Virus genome (UHGV): UHGV-0057186
Length of the DNA: 64,000 bases
Direction: 5' to 3' (one strand)
Source of the DNA: a virus
The notes under the pieces are model-generated. The model did no database searches, was not told the DNA's origin, and was given only the letters and a program-made list of their open reading frames with translations. Of this stretch, positions 18,108 through 28,550 are shown in pieces. The stretch's first letter is position 1; every line of letters begins with the position of its first letter. Both the position numbers and the translations under genes were made by a program.

Positions 18108-18302
18108 TCAGTTTTCATTATTCCACCTAATCATTTCAAGATATTGAACTAACTTAGCTTTAGATTTATCCAAATCCTTTTTAGCTGCTTCTATACCGTC
18201 GTATGAATATCCTTCACAATGCTCAACTGCTAATTGATATGAATCTATTTCAATATCACGTGCTAATTTAATGATTTTTTCAAACTGTTCGCGTGTTAGC
18301 AT
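18108..18302 (-). CDS. hypothetical protein (64 aa)
   Basis: ORF in track. Confidence 0.5.
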   Translation of the reverse strand: MLTREQFEKIIKLARDIEIDSYQLAVEHCEGYSYDGIEAAKKDLDKSKAKLVQYLEMIRWNNEN

Positions 18303-18304
18303 AC

Positions 18305-18508
18305 TTAAACTCTCGTATTATGATCGATAATTTCATCAAGAAACATATCTAACGCTTCTAAAGCATTATCCACTTTAGTTTCAAAGTCTTTAATGCCTTT
18401 ATTCGAAATACCCGATGAATACCAAGCAAAGTTAATGCGCTCCTCGTCTGCTTTACGAATTAAAGCTACCAATTCCTTAATTTTATCAGCTTGTTCGATA
18501 CTAATCAT
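18305..18508 (-). CDS. hypothetical protein (67 aa)
   Basis: start MISIEQ coupled to upstream stop (ATGA). Confidence 0.5.
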   Translation of the reverse strand: MISIEQADKIKELVALIRKADEERINFAWYSSGISNKGIKDFETKVDNALEALDMFLDEIIDHNTRV

Positions 18509-18696
18509 TATTCCACCACATATGAAAGAGAGAATATTGCACACGCCATATGAGTTGCAACTTCATCACACATATTATAACGTTTCTTGAGAAATTCTAC
18601 AAGTTCTTCACTAGTAACTTCATCCATGTCGACGAAAAAATCACCATTAATGATGACGTAGATATTTCCTTCTTGATTGAGTGCTTCAATTTTCAT
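18508..18696 (-). CDS. hypothetical protein (62 aa)
   Basis: start MKIEALNQ with GAGGAG SD; promoter cassette upstream. Confidence 0.5.
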   Translation of the reverse strand: MKIEALNQEGNIYVIINGDFFVDMDEVTSEELVEFLKKRYNMCDEVATHMACAIFSLSYVVE

Positions 18697-18723
18697 GATG
18701 TTCTCCTCTTTATCCGATGGTTG

Positions 18724-18754
18724 TATAGTACCACAGCTCAAACGGAAAGTAAAC
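18724..18754 (-). promoter_or_regulatory. early promoter cassette (GTTTAC / TACTATA)
   Basis: GTTTAC-N18-TACTATA. Confidence 0.5.
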
Positions 18755-18764
18755 CGGTAAAATG

Positions 18765-18786
18765 AAAAAAGTCTCCCGAAGGAGAC
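18765..18786 (-). terminator. intrinsic terminator
   Basis: GTCTCC-TTCG-GGAGAC hairpin followed by TTTTTT on minus strand after stop of 18792..19178. Confidence 0.55.
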
Positions 18787-18791
18787 TAATG

Positions 18792-19178
18792 TTATTCGAG
18801 GGAAAGAAGATACTTACTTTGGTAAAACATTCCAGTAATATCATCTATCGTGCTTTGGATGGCTGGAGGCATTTCTTTATAAATGCTGTTAGATTGGTCT
18901 AGTATGCGATCAATCATTTTAATTGTGTCGGTAGGAAGTTTACTAGCATCTGGAATTGAAGGTGTGTATTTTCTACCAGAATACCCCAAATATTGCTCAC
19001 CAAATTTATCAATCAAATCTGGCAACTCGGAGAAAATAAAATCGTATGCTTTGTGTCTAGCATAACTTTTAGTTTCAAAATGTGCAGAATGAAAATAAGC
19101 TTGTGCAGCCATTAATAAACCTAAGTATTCATCTGCCTTTGAAGGTTTTCCACTTTGTGAAAAGTCGCTGAATTTCAT
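18792..19178 (-). CDS. hypothetical protein (128 aa)
   Basis: ORF in track; immediately downstream of rI. Confidence 0.6.
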   Translation of the reverse strand: MKFSDFSQSGKPSKADEYLGLLMAAQAYFHSAHFETKSYARHKAYDFIFSELPDLIDKFGEQYLGYSGRKYTPSIPDASKLPTDTIKMIDRILDQSNSIYKEMPPAIQSTIDDITGMFYQSKYLLSLE

Positions 19179-19468
19179 TCAGTCTCCAATTTAATGTTCA
19201 TAATTCTAGCGTATGATTGTGCCATCTCCGCGCCTCGTTCTATACATTCAAAATCAGAAGAGCACGGGTCATTTTTATAGGTCGTTCTCATAAAACTATA
19301 GAATTGTTCAGACGATTCTACGCTTTTATTTTCAAAAAGCATATAAACGTGCCTAATACCAGATTCCATAAATTTATCAAAATGAGGATCGACATTCACT
19401 TCAATCGGTGGAGATAAAGCAAACGCTAATCCTAGCATGGCAAATAGTGCCGTTGCTTTTAAGGCCAT
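19175..19468 (-). CDS. rI: lysis inhibition regulator rI (antiholin)
   Basis: 97 aa with N-terminal signal anchor MALKATALFAMLGLAFALS; matches T4 RI as I recall it; upstream of tk. Confidence 0.85.
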   Translation of the reverse strand: MALKATALFAMLGLAFALSPPIEVNVDPHFDKFMESGIRHVYMLFENKSVESSEQFYSFMRTTYKNDPCSSDFECIERGAEMAQSYARIMNIKLETE

Positions 19469-19480
19469 AAAGGCCTCCTA

Positions 19481-19693
19481 TCATTTTTGTCCTGTATTTA
19501 CTTTATGCCGATGCACGGCCTTAACTTTATCAAGGTATTTTTCAAAATTTCGCAATCTAGTATAGTCTGCCGGAGATTGGTTGAGTGATACTTCTCGACG
19601 CAAAGCTGAAATGATATTTCCAACTTCCCTACGAATTTCATCTAATTGAAGAACGGTAAGATTGCGAAGTTGCTTTTCAGTTAATTGTAGCAT
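19481..19693 (-). CDS. hypothetical protein (70 aa)
   Basis: ORF in track. Confidence 0.55.
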
Positions 19694-19735
19694 ATATACC
19701 CCTTTAGTTAGATAAACCTATTTATAACTTTTGCA

Positions 19736-20317
19736 CTAACCGAGCTTTTTAGTTAATTCATTCCAATGTTTTCTACACAAAGAAACATAAATTTCATCAC
19801 CAATACAGATTTGATTACCTTCTTTAACTGGTGTTCCATCTTCCATTAATCGAGCTGTCATAATAGCTTTTTTACCACAATGACAAACTGCCTTTAGTTC
19901 AATAAGTTTATCTGCAATCGCCAAAAGTTCTTTAGAACCTTCAAATAATTTTCCAGCGAAATCAGTCCTTAGTCCATAAGCCATAACAGGAACATTATAT
20001 GTATCAACAATTCGGCTTAATTGATGCACTTGTTCAGTTTTTAAAAACTGAGCTTCATCTACAAATACACAATGAATATCTTTTTGTGCTTCAGCCCATT
20101 TATAGAACTCAAAAATATCCATATCATCCGTAATAATATTCGCTTCCTGTTTAATTCCAATGCGAGAAACGACTTCACAGACAGAATCGCGAGTATCAAT
20201 AGCAGGCTTAAGAACTAATACACTCATTCCACGTTCTTTATAATTATGCGCAGCAGTCAAAAGAGAAGCAGATTTTCCAGCATTCATTGCTGCATAAGTA
20301 AAAATTAAACTCGCCAT
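19736..20317 (-). CDS. tk: thymidine kinase
   Basis: 193 aa; P-loop NAGKSASL; C-terminal Cys zinc motif; matches T4 Tk. Confidence 0.93.
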   Translation of the reverse strand: MASLIFTYAAMNAGKSASLLTAAHNYKERGMSVLVLKPAIDTRDSVCEVVSRIGIKQEANIITDDMDIFEFYKWAEAQKDIHCVFVDEAQFLKTEQVHQLSRIVDTYNVPVMAYGLRTDFAGKLFEGSKELLAIADKLIELKAVCHCGKKAIMTARLMEDGTPVKEGNQICIGDEIYVSLCRKHWNELTKKLG

Positions 20318-20326
20318 ATCACCTTC

Positions 20327-20512
20327 TTAAAGCGTATTCACATAAGCTATTAATTCATTTTCTTTCTTATCAAACCGATCAGCAAATTCTTCCTGCTGTT
20401 CAGGAGATAGCGGGCCGTATTCATCATAAAAGGTGTTTGCTTCTGTATGCTCATCTAGAAGTTCATGGATAAGCTCAAACAATTTATCTTTTTGTTCTTT
20501 GCTTAGGCTCAC
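20327..20512 (-). CDS. hypothetical acidic protein (61 aa)
   Basis: GTG start overlapping upstream stop. Confidence 0.5.
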   Translation of the reverse strand: MSLSKEQKDKLFELIHELLDEHTEANTFYDEYGPLSPEQQEEFADRFDKKENELIAYVNTL

Positions 20513-20685
20513 AGTATGTCAATCCCCAAAAGTTTTAAAATGACTCGTTTCTGATTCATAACCGCTACGATTGAATGACCGTTGGGGTCTTTTTGACCTG
20601 ATCCAATTATAAATCCTTTTTGCGCAGAAAGTTTAATCAAAACATCAAGTTCACGTAATAATTGATATTTTAAATCATCATTCAT
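20509..20685 (-). CDS. hypothetical small protein (58 aa), not in ORF track
   Basis: ATGA overlap with upstream stop; codon-by-codon clean frame MNDDLKYQLLRELDVLIKLS... Confidence 0.4.
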   Translation of the reverse strand: MNDDLKYQLLRELDVLIKLSAQKGFIIGSGQKDPNGHSIVAVMNQKRVILKLLGIDIL

Positions 20686-20888
20686 TTTGGTTTACCTTCT
20701 TTAACGAAATCAGGATAAGGATAAAATCCTGAATAAAATCCTTCACCTTTATGATTGATGCATCCTTTATTAGAACAATAGCACCAATAATCGAAATCAC
20801 AAGTCATTTCATCGTTGCATAAAGCAAAAACAACCGGCCACTTACACTTTTCGCAGTGGGCATTTTTAAGAATACTAGTTTGGCTCAT
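20682..20888 (-). CDS. Cys-rich small protein (68 aa)
   Basis: 8 Cys including CEKCK and CYCSNKGC; ATGA coupling. Confidence 0.5.
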   Translation of the reverse strand: MSQTSILKNAHCEKCKWPVVFALCNDEMTCDFDYWCYCSNKGCINHKGEGFYSGFYPYPDFVKEGKPK

Positions 20889-21097
20889 AACCATGTAACC
20901 TTTAAGCAATATTCTTCTACATGTTGTTTACGACCTTTCTTATCAATAAAGGTATATTCAACGAATGTTCCAATGTAGTCTTTATCTACATCATGTGGAC
21001 TATTAATTGGACATTTAGTACGGCAAATGCGTTCCCATTGACGAATAATTACTGCCTTATTCTTTGGGTCATACGGATGTGGATAATGTATATTCAT
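20885..21097 (-). CDS. hypothetical protein (70 aa)
   Basis: ATGA coupling with macro-domain gene stop. Confidence 0.5.
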   Translation of the reverse strand: MNIHYPHPYDPKNKAVIIRQWERICRTKCPINSPHDVDKDYIGTFVEYTFIDKKGRKQHVEEYCLKVTWL

Positions 21098-21561
21098 AAT
21101 AACGGTTCCCAATCAACAATCACAATTTCTAATTTAGAGGAATATGTATCTAAAATCCCCTCAATAATATCCCAGTTCCCTTTACCTATGCCTGCACCAA
21201 TCCTAGGCATATAGATTGTAGGTTTAATCAGTTTATTTTCACCAAACTCATTTAATTCTAACATACAATTCATTAAAGCGGAATACTCAAAATTTGGCCC
21301 CGGTTGAAATTGAGTATAAAGATTGAAGCAGTAAGCTTTATGAGTCCTAAAGTATTTTTCATAGACTGAGTAAGAACCGAGTTTAGTTACATCGCCCCAT
21401 TCTGTCTGTAATTTATCAGCTTCCAAAATTTTAGGGAAAGCTTTAGTTAATTGACCTGCGACTCCAGCTTTCATCGTGTGAAAACAATTACATCCATGCG
21501 CAATATTTTTACCTTCAGCGAAAAGGGCGACAATATCGCCCTTGATATATTTTACAATCAT
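21094..21561 (-). CDS. macro-domain protein (ADP-ribose binding/processing)
   Basis: 155 aa; GDIV...HGCNCFHTMKAGVAGQL and MPRIGAGIGKGNW resemble macro-domain motifs. Confidence 0.65.
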   Translation of the reverse strand: MIVKYIKGDIVALFAEGKNIAHGCNCFHTMKAGVAGQLTKAFPKILEADKLQTEWGDVTKLGSYSVYEKYFRTHKAYCFNLYTQFQPGPNFEYSALMNCMLELNEFGENKLIKPTIYMPRIGAGIGKGNWDIIEGILDTYSSKLEIVIVDWEPLL

Positions 21562-21905
21562 CTAGTACTCAATCCTCGATTATAAGAATCTACCAAACGG
21601 TCAACCATTGAATGACAAGCGGCTTTATCTTTTTCCTCCGCAACTGAACATTCTAAGGTATTCCACTTTTTAGCATATCGTTTTAACAATGTATCATTTT
21701 TGTATCTGCTTGATTTATCTCTTTCTCCGTCTTTATATGCATATATTAATTTCTGCGCAAATTCAGCTTGGCATGCTTTATTTTTCCCGCAATAATCCGC
21801 TGCAGTACGGTTTACATACTCTCTAATTTCAGTATATGATGTATCTGCTAACGCAGAAGCAGAAAATGAAATTAATCCTATACATAAAACCAAAATTTTA
21901 GTCAT
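21558..21905 (-). CDS. secreted/periplasmic small protein (115 aa)
   Basis: signal peptide MTKILVLCIGLISFSASALA; 4 Cys; vs position in T4 synteny. Confidence 0.55.
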   Translation of the reverse strand: MTKILVLCIGLISFSASALADTSYTEIREYVNRTAADYCGKNKACQAEFAQKLIYAYKDGERDKSSRYKNDTLLKRYAKKWNTLECSVAEEKDKAACHSMVDRLVDSYNRGLSTR

Positions 21906-22443
21906 TTACTATTTCCAAAAGTTTATTATTTTTAAGGTAATTAGCCTTTTCTAGGACTTCAGAAGCATATTTAGAACCAGCTTTAACATTCCATCCCGAA
22001 TTATAAGAGGATATTGCTTTTCTTATATCGCCCTTATGTATATTTAACCAATAAGAAAGTTCAATGTACGCCCAGGAAGCTGAATTGGATCGTTTATTCA
22101 ACATTCTTTTTATTTCAGCATCGGTCATATTATAACCAAGTTCCTTAACTCTCGCTCGCATAGTAGGCAAATAATTTTGGAACATTCCGTAGGCGTGATG
22201 CTTTGGTTTAGATTTTAAATTAACTCCGCCAGAGCTTTCTTGCCATAAAATGGCTGCCATTATATGACCTAATCCGCTCTTGTGGATATTTTTGTGTGTT
22301 TTATATTTTCCATCCTTAGAAAATTGTTCCCCGAATTGATACGCGTAACGCATGTTATCGAGTTGGACATTACTGAAAGTATGCTCGGAGCTATGCGCCA
22401 TCATTGAAATGGCCAATAGACCAGCGAGTAGTGCTTTTCTCAT
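21898..22443 (-). CDS. lytic transglycosylase-like protein with signal peptide
   Basis: signal peptide; ILWQESSGG and YGMFQ motifs typical of SLT-domain enzymes. Confidence 0.6.
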   Translation of the reverse strand: MRKALLAGLLAISMMAHSSEHTFSNVQLDNMRYAYQFGEQFSKDGKYKTHKNIHKSGLGHIMAAILWQESSGGVNLKSKPKHHAYGMFQNYLPTMRARVKELGYNMTDAEIKRMLNKRSNSASWAYIELSYWLNIHKGDIRKAISSYNSGWNVKAGSKYASEVLEKANYLKNNKLLEIVND

Positions 22444-22450
22444 GCTTACC

Positions 22451-22912
22451 TCATTGAGTTTTAATTACTGCTTTAGAAGCCTTTCCTGGTAAACGACGAC
22501 TGTTAATAATTGCCATCCTACATTGAAGTGACGGGTCTTTGAACTTCGCGTTAGGTTTACAAACTGTAAATCCAAGCCAAAGATTTCCATCTGTGATTTC
22601 TAAACGTCCAGGACGATATTCAACCCCATCAATAAAATCCTCGTCAATGTCAGGGCGCGGAGGCATACTCAGGAATTCATTAACTTCTAAAACATGGTCT
22701 TTTATTTTATGGAATAATTCAAAAACATATGTCTCGTCAATCTCCCGTTGAATTGCACGATCAAGAAGATGCTGAGAATATTTTAGATGAAACGATGAGA
22801 CCCCTGCTGCTTTTGATGCCTCACGAATCTCATTGTTAATTTGACGAAACTCCGACTCAAAGTGACGACGAAGCTTATTTCGACGGATAAAAACTTCTGT
22901 ATTGATAGTCAT
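22451..22912 (-). CDS. regB: endoribonuclease RegB
   Basis: 153 aa, matches T4 RegB as I recall it; GAGGAG SD; promoter cassette upstream. Confidence 0.9.
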   Translation of the reverse strand: MTINTEVFIRRNKLRRHFESEFRQINNEIREASKAAGVSSFHLKYSQHLLDRAIQREIDETYVFELFHKIKDHVLEVNEFLSMPPRPDIDEDFIDGVEYRPGRLEITDGNLWLGFTVCKPNAKFKDPSLQCRMAIINSRRLPGKASKAVIKTQ

Positions 22913-22939
22913 GTTATTCTCCTCTTAACTGATAGAAAA

Positions 22940-22968
22940 ATTATACCACAGTCAAGAGGAAAAGTAAA
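22940..22968 (-). promoter_or_regulatory. early promoter (GTTTAC / TATAAT) for regB
   Basis: GTTTAC-N17-TATAAT followed by GAGGAG SD. Confidence 0.55.
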
Positions 22969-22971
22969 CAG

Positions 22972-23250
22972 TTATTCTTTAAATCTAATCAATTTATTCA
23001 TAGACTTTGAAACTTCTGCACGAACCTCATGTAGATTTTTGAGCTGTTCAAGACGCTGCTCATAGTAAGCAATTTCATCTTCTTCGAGACAGTCCTGTGA
23101 ATCTTCTTTAAGATAACGTGCATAGTCCTGGAAAGCGTTACGAACTACTTCCTGGAAGTCATCAAGACTTTGAATTTTCTTAGGAGCAACAGATACACGA
23201 CGAGGGGCAGTATAATACTCATAACCAAACCCTGCGCTTAATTGAGCCAT
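22972..23250 (-). CDS. hypothetical protein (92 aa)
   Basis: start [13 protein letters not shown] coupled to upstream stop. Confidence 0.5.
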   Translation of the reverse strand: MAQLSAGFGYEYYTAPRRVSVAPKKIQSLDDFQEVVRNAFQDYARYLKEDSQDCLEEDEIAYYEQRLEQLKNLHEVRAEVSKSMNKLIRFKE

Positions 23251-23516
23251 TAATATTTTTCCTCTGGTTGGAACACAGCACGACAAGCCCACATACTGGC
23301 TTCTTTGAGTTTCGTTTTAGCAATAGTTAACTGATCGAGGCTTTCGGCGTAATTCTTCGCGAGTTCATCATCTTCACAGCTATCAAATGCTTCCCAAAAT
23401 TCATCGTATAAAGCATCAAAGATAAGTCCTAAACGAACTTCAGCGTCTTTAATAGCATTTACTTTACCGATTTTTTCGTCGGTATGTGGCTTATAACCTT
23501 TAATATCTTCAATCAT
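23250..23516 (-). CDS. hypothetical protein (88 aa), vs.4 position
   Basis: ORF with coupled start; position corresponds to T4 vs.4 (reported anti-CBASS sponge Acb2); sequence not verified. Confidence 0.45.
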   Translation of the reverse strand: MIEDIKGYKPHTDEKIGKVNAIKDAEVRLGLIFDALYDEFWEAFDSCEDDELAKNYAESLDQLTIAKTKLKEASMWACRAVFQPEEKY

Positions 23517-23730
23517 ATTTGACTTCCTCACCAGTACATAAATCGTATTCAACTAAACGAATAGGTTCATGAATGCCATATCCTTGAACAGAAATTTCTG
23601 TAGTAGGATAAATTCCATTAATATCACCCATGTTCCATGCTTCGTTAAATTGCTGTTCGCCTGAATTACTAAACCATTCGGCGAAAGCATTTAGCACATC
23701 TTTAGAACCTTCAATAATTATCTTTGCCAT
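23509..23730 (-). CDS. hypothetical protein (73 aa)
   Basis: ORF in track. Confidence 0.5.
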   Translation of the reverse strand: MAKIIIEGSKDVLNAFAEWFSNSGEQQFNEAWNMGDINGIYPTTEISVQGYGIHEPIRLVEYDLCTGEEVKYD

Positions 23731-24092
23731 TACAAACTCTCAGTAAAGGTACGAGCGATAACGTCGCGCTGCTGTTCCGGAGTCAGAGAGTTAAAGCGAA
23801 CTGCATAACCGGATACACGGATGGTCAGCTGCGGATATTTTTCCGGATGCTTAACTGCATCTTCCAGAGTTTCACGACGCAGAACGTTAACGTTCAGGTG
23901 TTGACCACCTTCAATTTTAACTGTAGGCTGTTGCTCAATTTCAATTTCACGGGCATGCAAACCGTAGAAAATTTCTGGGTCTACAAAAGAGTCCTCTTTA
24001 AAGGTTTTAGAGACAATAATTCGTGCTTGAATACCATCTTCAAAATAAATAGTACCTTTATGTGTGCCTTCAAGAATTTGATATGCTTTCAT
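23730..24092 (-). CDS. autonomous glycyl radical cofactor (GrcA/YfiD family)
   Basis: C-terminal 60 aa essentially identical to E. coli GrcA incl. [29 protein letters not shown]; T4 Y06I homologue. Confidence 0.9.
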   Translation of the reverse strand: MKAYQILEGTHKGTIYFEDGIQARIIVSKTFKEDSFVDPEIFYGLHAREIEIEQQPTVKIEGGQHLNVNVLRRETLEDAVKHPEKYPQLTIRVSGYAVRFNSLTPEQQRDVIARTFTESL

Positions 24093-24099
24093 ATAAACC

Positions 24100-24429
24100 T
24101 CAATTAGAAAATAAATTTATCCAAGATTGTTCTTTAATTAAAAATGGCTCAGAATCATATGCCATTAAACTCTGTGTGATTAGTCCTTTAAAAGGCCCAT
24201 CAATAAATTCCATGGTAAAATATGGAATTTTATTCATTAGCCGTGCATTAGGAGCAGTACACAAAACTCTGCATCCTTTGAATACGCCTTTTTGTAATTT
24301 GTATTGCTTAGGATAAAATTCGCTCAAGACGTTGTTATTTGCCAAAATTTCAAAATGATTCACCAATTTATTTTTAATAGTTTTTGGCGAAAAATAAAGA
24401 TATTCGAAAAGCTGAGTGTCTGTCATCAT
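24100..24429 (-). CDS. hypothetical protein (109 aa)
   Basis: start MMTDTQ coupled (ATGA) to upstream stop. Confidence 0.45.
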   Translation of the reverse strand: MMTDTQLFEYLYFSPKTIKNKLVNHFEILANNNVLSEFYPKQYKLQKGVFKGCRVLCTAPNARLMNKIPYFTMEFIDGPFKGLITQSLMAYDSEPFLIKEQSWINLFSN

Positions 24430-25013
24430 TGCATTCCGATTACGAAAAACTGTGGACGAGTAATACCACCAATGCAACATTTAATATTACAGCAGCAGTG
24501 TACAGTGTCAATATGGACACTATAAATCTTATCCATATCAGGAGATTTGACAGGCTCATCAATTATATACAAAATTCGCGAAAGCGATAAACCTCTGAAC
24601 TTGCTTCCTTTATTACCGATAAAACTGCGCACAGAATCAGTAAATAAACGAAAACGTATATCATCGCTAGAATAACGAGAAAATTCCTTTTTAATGTTAT
24701 TTGCAGAAATTTTAGCGTAAGCTGAAGTATTAGAAAGAACAATAACTGTTCCGCCATCATACAACCAATTAGCAGCAAAGTTAGTCACAGCAATTGATTT
24801 ACCAGATTGACGTCCACCATCTAGTCGAAGTGTGCAGTACTGTTTAAGTAATTCTTCAAATGGCGGGATATAATCGTTTTTACAAATTTCTTCTACTCTA
24901 GCATCAGAATGGTGTGTAAAAGCATTCATCAGGGATAGATAAGGACCAGTTAAAAATGTTCTCATTTTATTCTCTCTAAATTTGGGCCATTCCATGGCGC
25001 ATGAATTGTCCAT
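24426..25013 (-). CDS. hypothetical protein with P-loop-like motif
   Basis: GGRQSGKS Walker-A-like; start codon uncertain (no good SD). Confidence 0.5.
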   Translation of the reverse strand: MDNSCAMEWPKFRENKMRTFLTGPYLSLMNAFTHHSDARVEEICKNDYIPPFEELLKQYCTLRLDGGRQSGKSIAVTNFAANWLYDGGTVIVLSNTSAYAKISANNIKKEFSRYSSDDIRFRLFTDSVRSFIGNKGSKFRGLSLSRILYIIDEPVKSPDMDKIYSVHIDTVHCCCNIKCCIGGITRPQFFVIGMQ

Positions 25014-25118
25014 TTCTGTATTTACCCATTACCGCACTTGGGCTCGACCTTATTACAGGTTGGCGGGAATCCCTCATAGAATCATGAGGTCCAGCTTGTT
25101 CCCATATTTCTTATTTGC

Positions 25119-25592
25119 TTATTTGAATGATTTGACGTACTGAATAGAACCTTTACTATTCACGAAAGCGATTTTACCATTTTTATTATACATGGTAGCA
25201 GTACGCTGATAGCCATAAGTTTGTTTACCAGATTGATAACCAACTAATGCGAAATTATCTTCACCCATTTTATTCTGTTTAGCGCGAATACGTTCATGAC
25301 CGTGTGCCATAAGAACCTTAGCATCACCAGTTGAAATTGATCTACGAGTTTTTTCATCTTCAACTGTATTAACAAAGTCGTCAAATGAATCAAATTTAGC
25401 ATGGGATTTATTATACAGTTTTCCATCTACTGCATAATTATATCCCTGTACATCCATCTCAACTTCTGTACCATCATCCAATACAGCAGTAATTTTTTGA
25501 CCTTTTTTAAATTTCAAAAGATCAGTAAAAGATTCAGCAATAATTTGAGAATTAATAGCTGCTTCAGTGATAAATTCTTGATATGTTTTCAT
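25119..25592 (-). CDS. internal-protein-like (capsid-targeting N-terminus)
   Basis: N-terminus MKTYQEFITEAA matches T4 internal protein capsid targeting sequence; 157 aa. Confidence 0.55.
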   Translation of the reverse strand: MKTYQEFITEAAINSQIIAESFTDLLKFKKGQKITAVLDDGTEVEMDVQGYNYAVDGKLYNKSHAKFDSFDDFVNTVEDEKTRRSISTGDAKVLMAHGHERIRAKQNKMGEDNFALVGYQSGKQTYGYQRTATMYNKNGKIAFVNSKGSIQYVKSFK

Positions 25593-25648
25593 ATGTTTCC
25601 TTTAAATGTAAATATTTTTGCCGTAATACTTGTACCAGTGTGGCTTCA

Positions 25649-26017
25649 TTAAAATTTTTCATCGAGTCGTTGTTGACTCAATTTAATAGCTGATTTGCAT
25701 GGATTATAATCATTTTTCCATTCTGCTGGAATATCGCTGATGTCAGGAACTTCAGTATCTTTTATACTAAACCCACGTTTTAAGCATTCCGTTATAATGT
25801 CTGATTGACGCTTTCGCAAAAATTCTAACTTATCGTAAAAGAACGTAACATGACCAGAGCCTAAAATAAACTCGGAAGATATTTTAAAATCTTTAACCCG
25901 CTTACCATTTGCCACATGTTTACGAACTATACCAAAAACACGCGGCAATTCACGATACTCAGCCATAAGATGTTGGTCGGTCAGTTCAGAAACAAGTGTT
26001 AAATTGATACGAGTCAT
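25649..26017 (-). CDS. denV: endonuclease V, pyrimidine dimer DNA glycosylase
   Basis: [12 protein letters not shown]...[16 protein letters not shown] matches T4 DenV; GGAGG SD. Confidence 0.9.
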   Translation of the reverse strand: MTRINLTLVSELTDQHLMAEYRELPRVFGIVRKHVANGKRVKDFKISSEFILGSGHVTFFYDKLEFLRKRQSDIITECLKRGFSIKDTEVPDISDIPAEWKNDYNPCKSAIKLSQQRLDEKF

Positions 26018-26043
26018 AATTTCCTCCAAGTAGTTGATGAATG

Positions 26044-26074
26044 TATAGTATCAAAGTCCTTGGAGGAAGTAAAC
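26044..26074 (-). promoter_or_regulatory. early promoter cassette for denV
   Basis: GTTTAC-N18-TACTATA; spacer arm TTCCTCCAAG complementary to SD region. Confidence 0.55.
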
Positions 26075-26075
26075 A

Positions 26076-27316
<1,241 letters not shown>

Positions 27317-27320
<4 letters not shown>

Positions 27321-27805
27321 TTTAATTTCCTGCATTCAGTGATAAAGCTATTTAAATTTTGAGCATATTTCTTTTCATCATAAATCTTTTGCTGTCTGCG
27401 TAAACGCCATGGCATTTCAATGAACACGCACCATATTCCTGATAGTACTGCTGCTGTAAAAATATTAACAAGTATAATTAAAAGAATCCAATCTTCCGTT
27501 CTGCCTACTGGACTTTCTCCAAAGAAGCAAAATACAAATGATGTCACAGGAAAACTAATAATATACCACAGAATAACCTTCTTATCTGTGAACCAATCAG
27601 CGTTCGTTAACTTAGCACGACCATTTTGAATACACACGAATTTATCATCTGTTACAGTAGATGGCTTAACTGCTTGATATCCCATTCTAAACTCCCTAAT
27701 TAATCGTTTCTTTGTATCTTCAGAACAGCCGCTCCAGTCAACTCTATCGACTGAAATGCCATCGTCCCCATCATCTAAATCATACCAGCGAGTTTTTAAA
27801 ATCAT
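27317..27805 (-). CDS. membrane protein, e.x junction family
   Basis: two TM helices; C-terminal FITECRKLK tail; ATGA coupling to nudE. Confidence 0.55.
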
Positions 27806-28176
27806 TTGATTTTCCTGCAATCACTCACAAACTCTTTCATTGATTCATTTTCAATATAAGATATGTAGTTATTATATTCTTTTAATTGTATTTTGTAATC
27901 CTTTTTTCTTTGCCAATTTATTTTAAAATTATCATAATGAAAATATAAAATAATACCAAAGAATGAAAATAATGAAATTGCTATAGTATAATGAAGTTCA
28001 CTCCAAACTTCTATTATATCTACTATACCGCTGACGTTACTGCGGATGTTTAAAATAAAACAGTCAATTAACAATCCAATAAGACTACCCGCAAGAGCTG
28101 CAGCCAATGCCACAGCAAAAATTAAAAATGACTCAGAAAAAGAATATTTGACTTTATTTAGTTTTGGCTTTTGCAT
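27802..28176 (-). CDS. membrane protein, e.x junction family
   Basis: TM helices; C-terminal FVSDCRKIK; AAGGAA SD. Confidence 0.55.
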   Translation of the reverse strand: MQKPKLNKVKYSFSESFLIFAVALAAALAGSLIGLLIDCFILNIRSNVSGIVDIIEVWSELHYTIAISLFSFFGIILYFHYDNFKINWQRKKDYKIQLKEYNNYISYIENESMKEFVSDCRKIK

Positions 28177-28550
28177 CGTGATTCCTTAACAAATTTCATA
28201 ATTTCATTAAATTCATACATATCTAGTTTAAGCTGATGTTCCTTTTTAATCTTTTTACACTGAGCTTTCCATTCACGTACGCGTTTACGATAATGTCTTC
28301 CTTGATACCAGTATCCTACCCAATTTATAGGTACTAATAAAAATGGAACTACAAATGGAAGAATTAATACTAACAGAAATATTACGTCAGATTCAATATC
28401 AGTCATAAAGTCTATAACCATTCCAACAATCAATAGAATTACAAATGATATAGCTGTCACAGGACCTATTAATATATCAGTAGGAATTAGCTGGCGCTTT
28501 AATTCATACTTCACAGGTTTACTTGGAAGATACATTGATGGCTTTGACAT
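28158..28550 (-). CDS. membrane protein, e.x junction family
   Basis: TM helices; C-terminal FVKESRCKSQN; start MSKPSMY. Confidence 0.5.
   Translation of the reverse strand: MSKPSMYLPSKPVKYELKRQLIPTDILIGPVTAISFVILLIVGMVIDFMTDIESDVIFLLVLILPFVVPFLLVPINWVGYWYQGRHYRKRVREWKAQCKKIKKEHQLKLDMYEFNEIMKFVKESRCKSQN

Noticed and set aside
24304-24778. Overlapping ORFs 24304..24525 (+), 24384..24590 (+) and 24563..24778 (-)
   Set aside because: Embedded in or opposite the better-supported 24426..25013 gene; no ribosome-binding sites.
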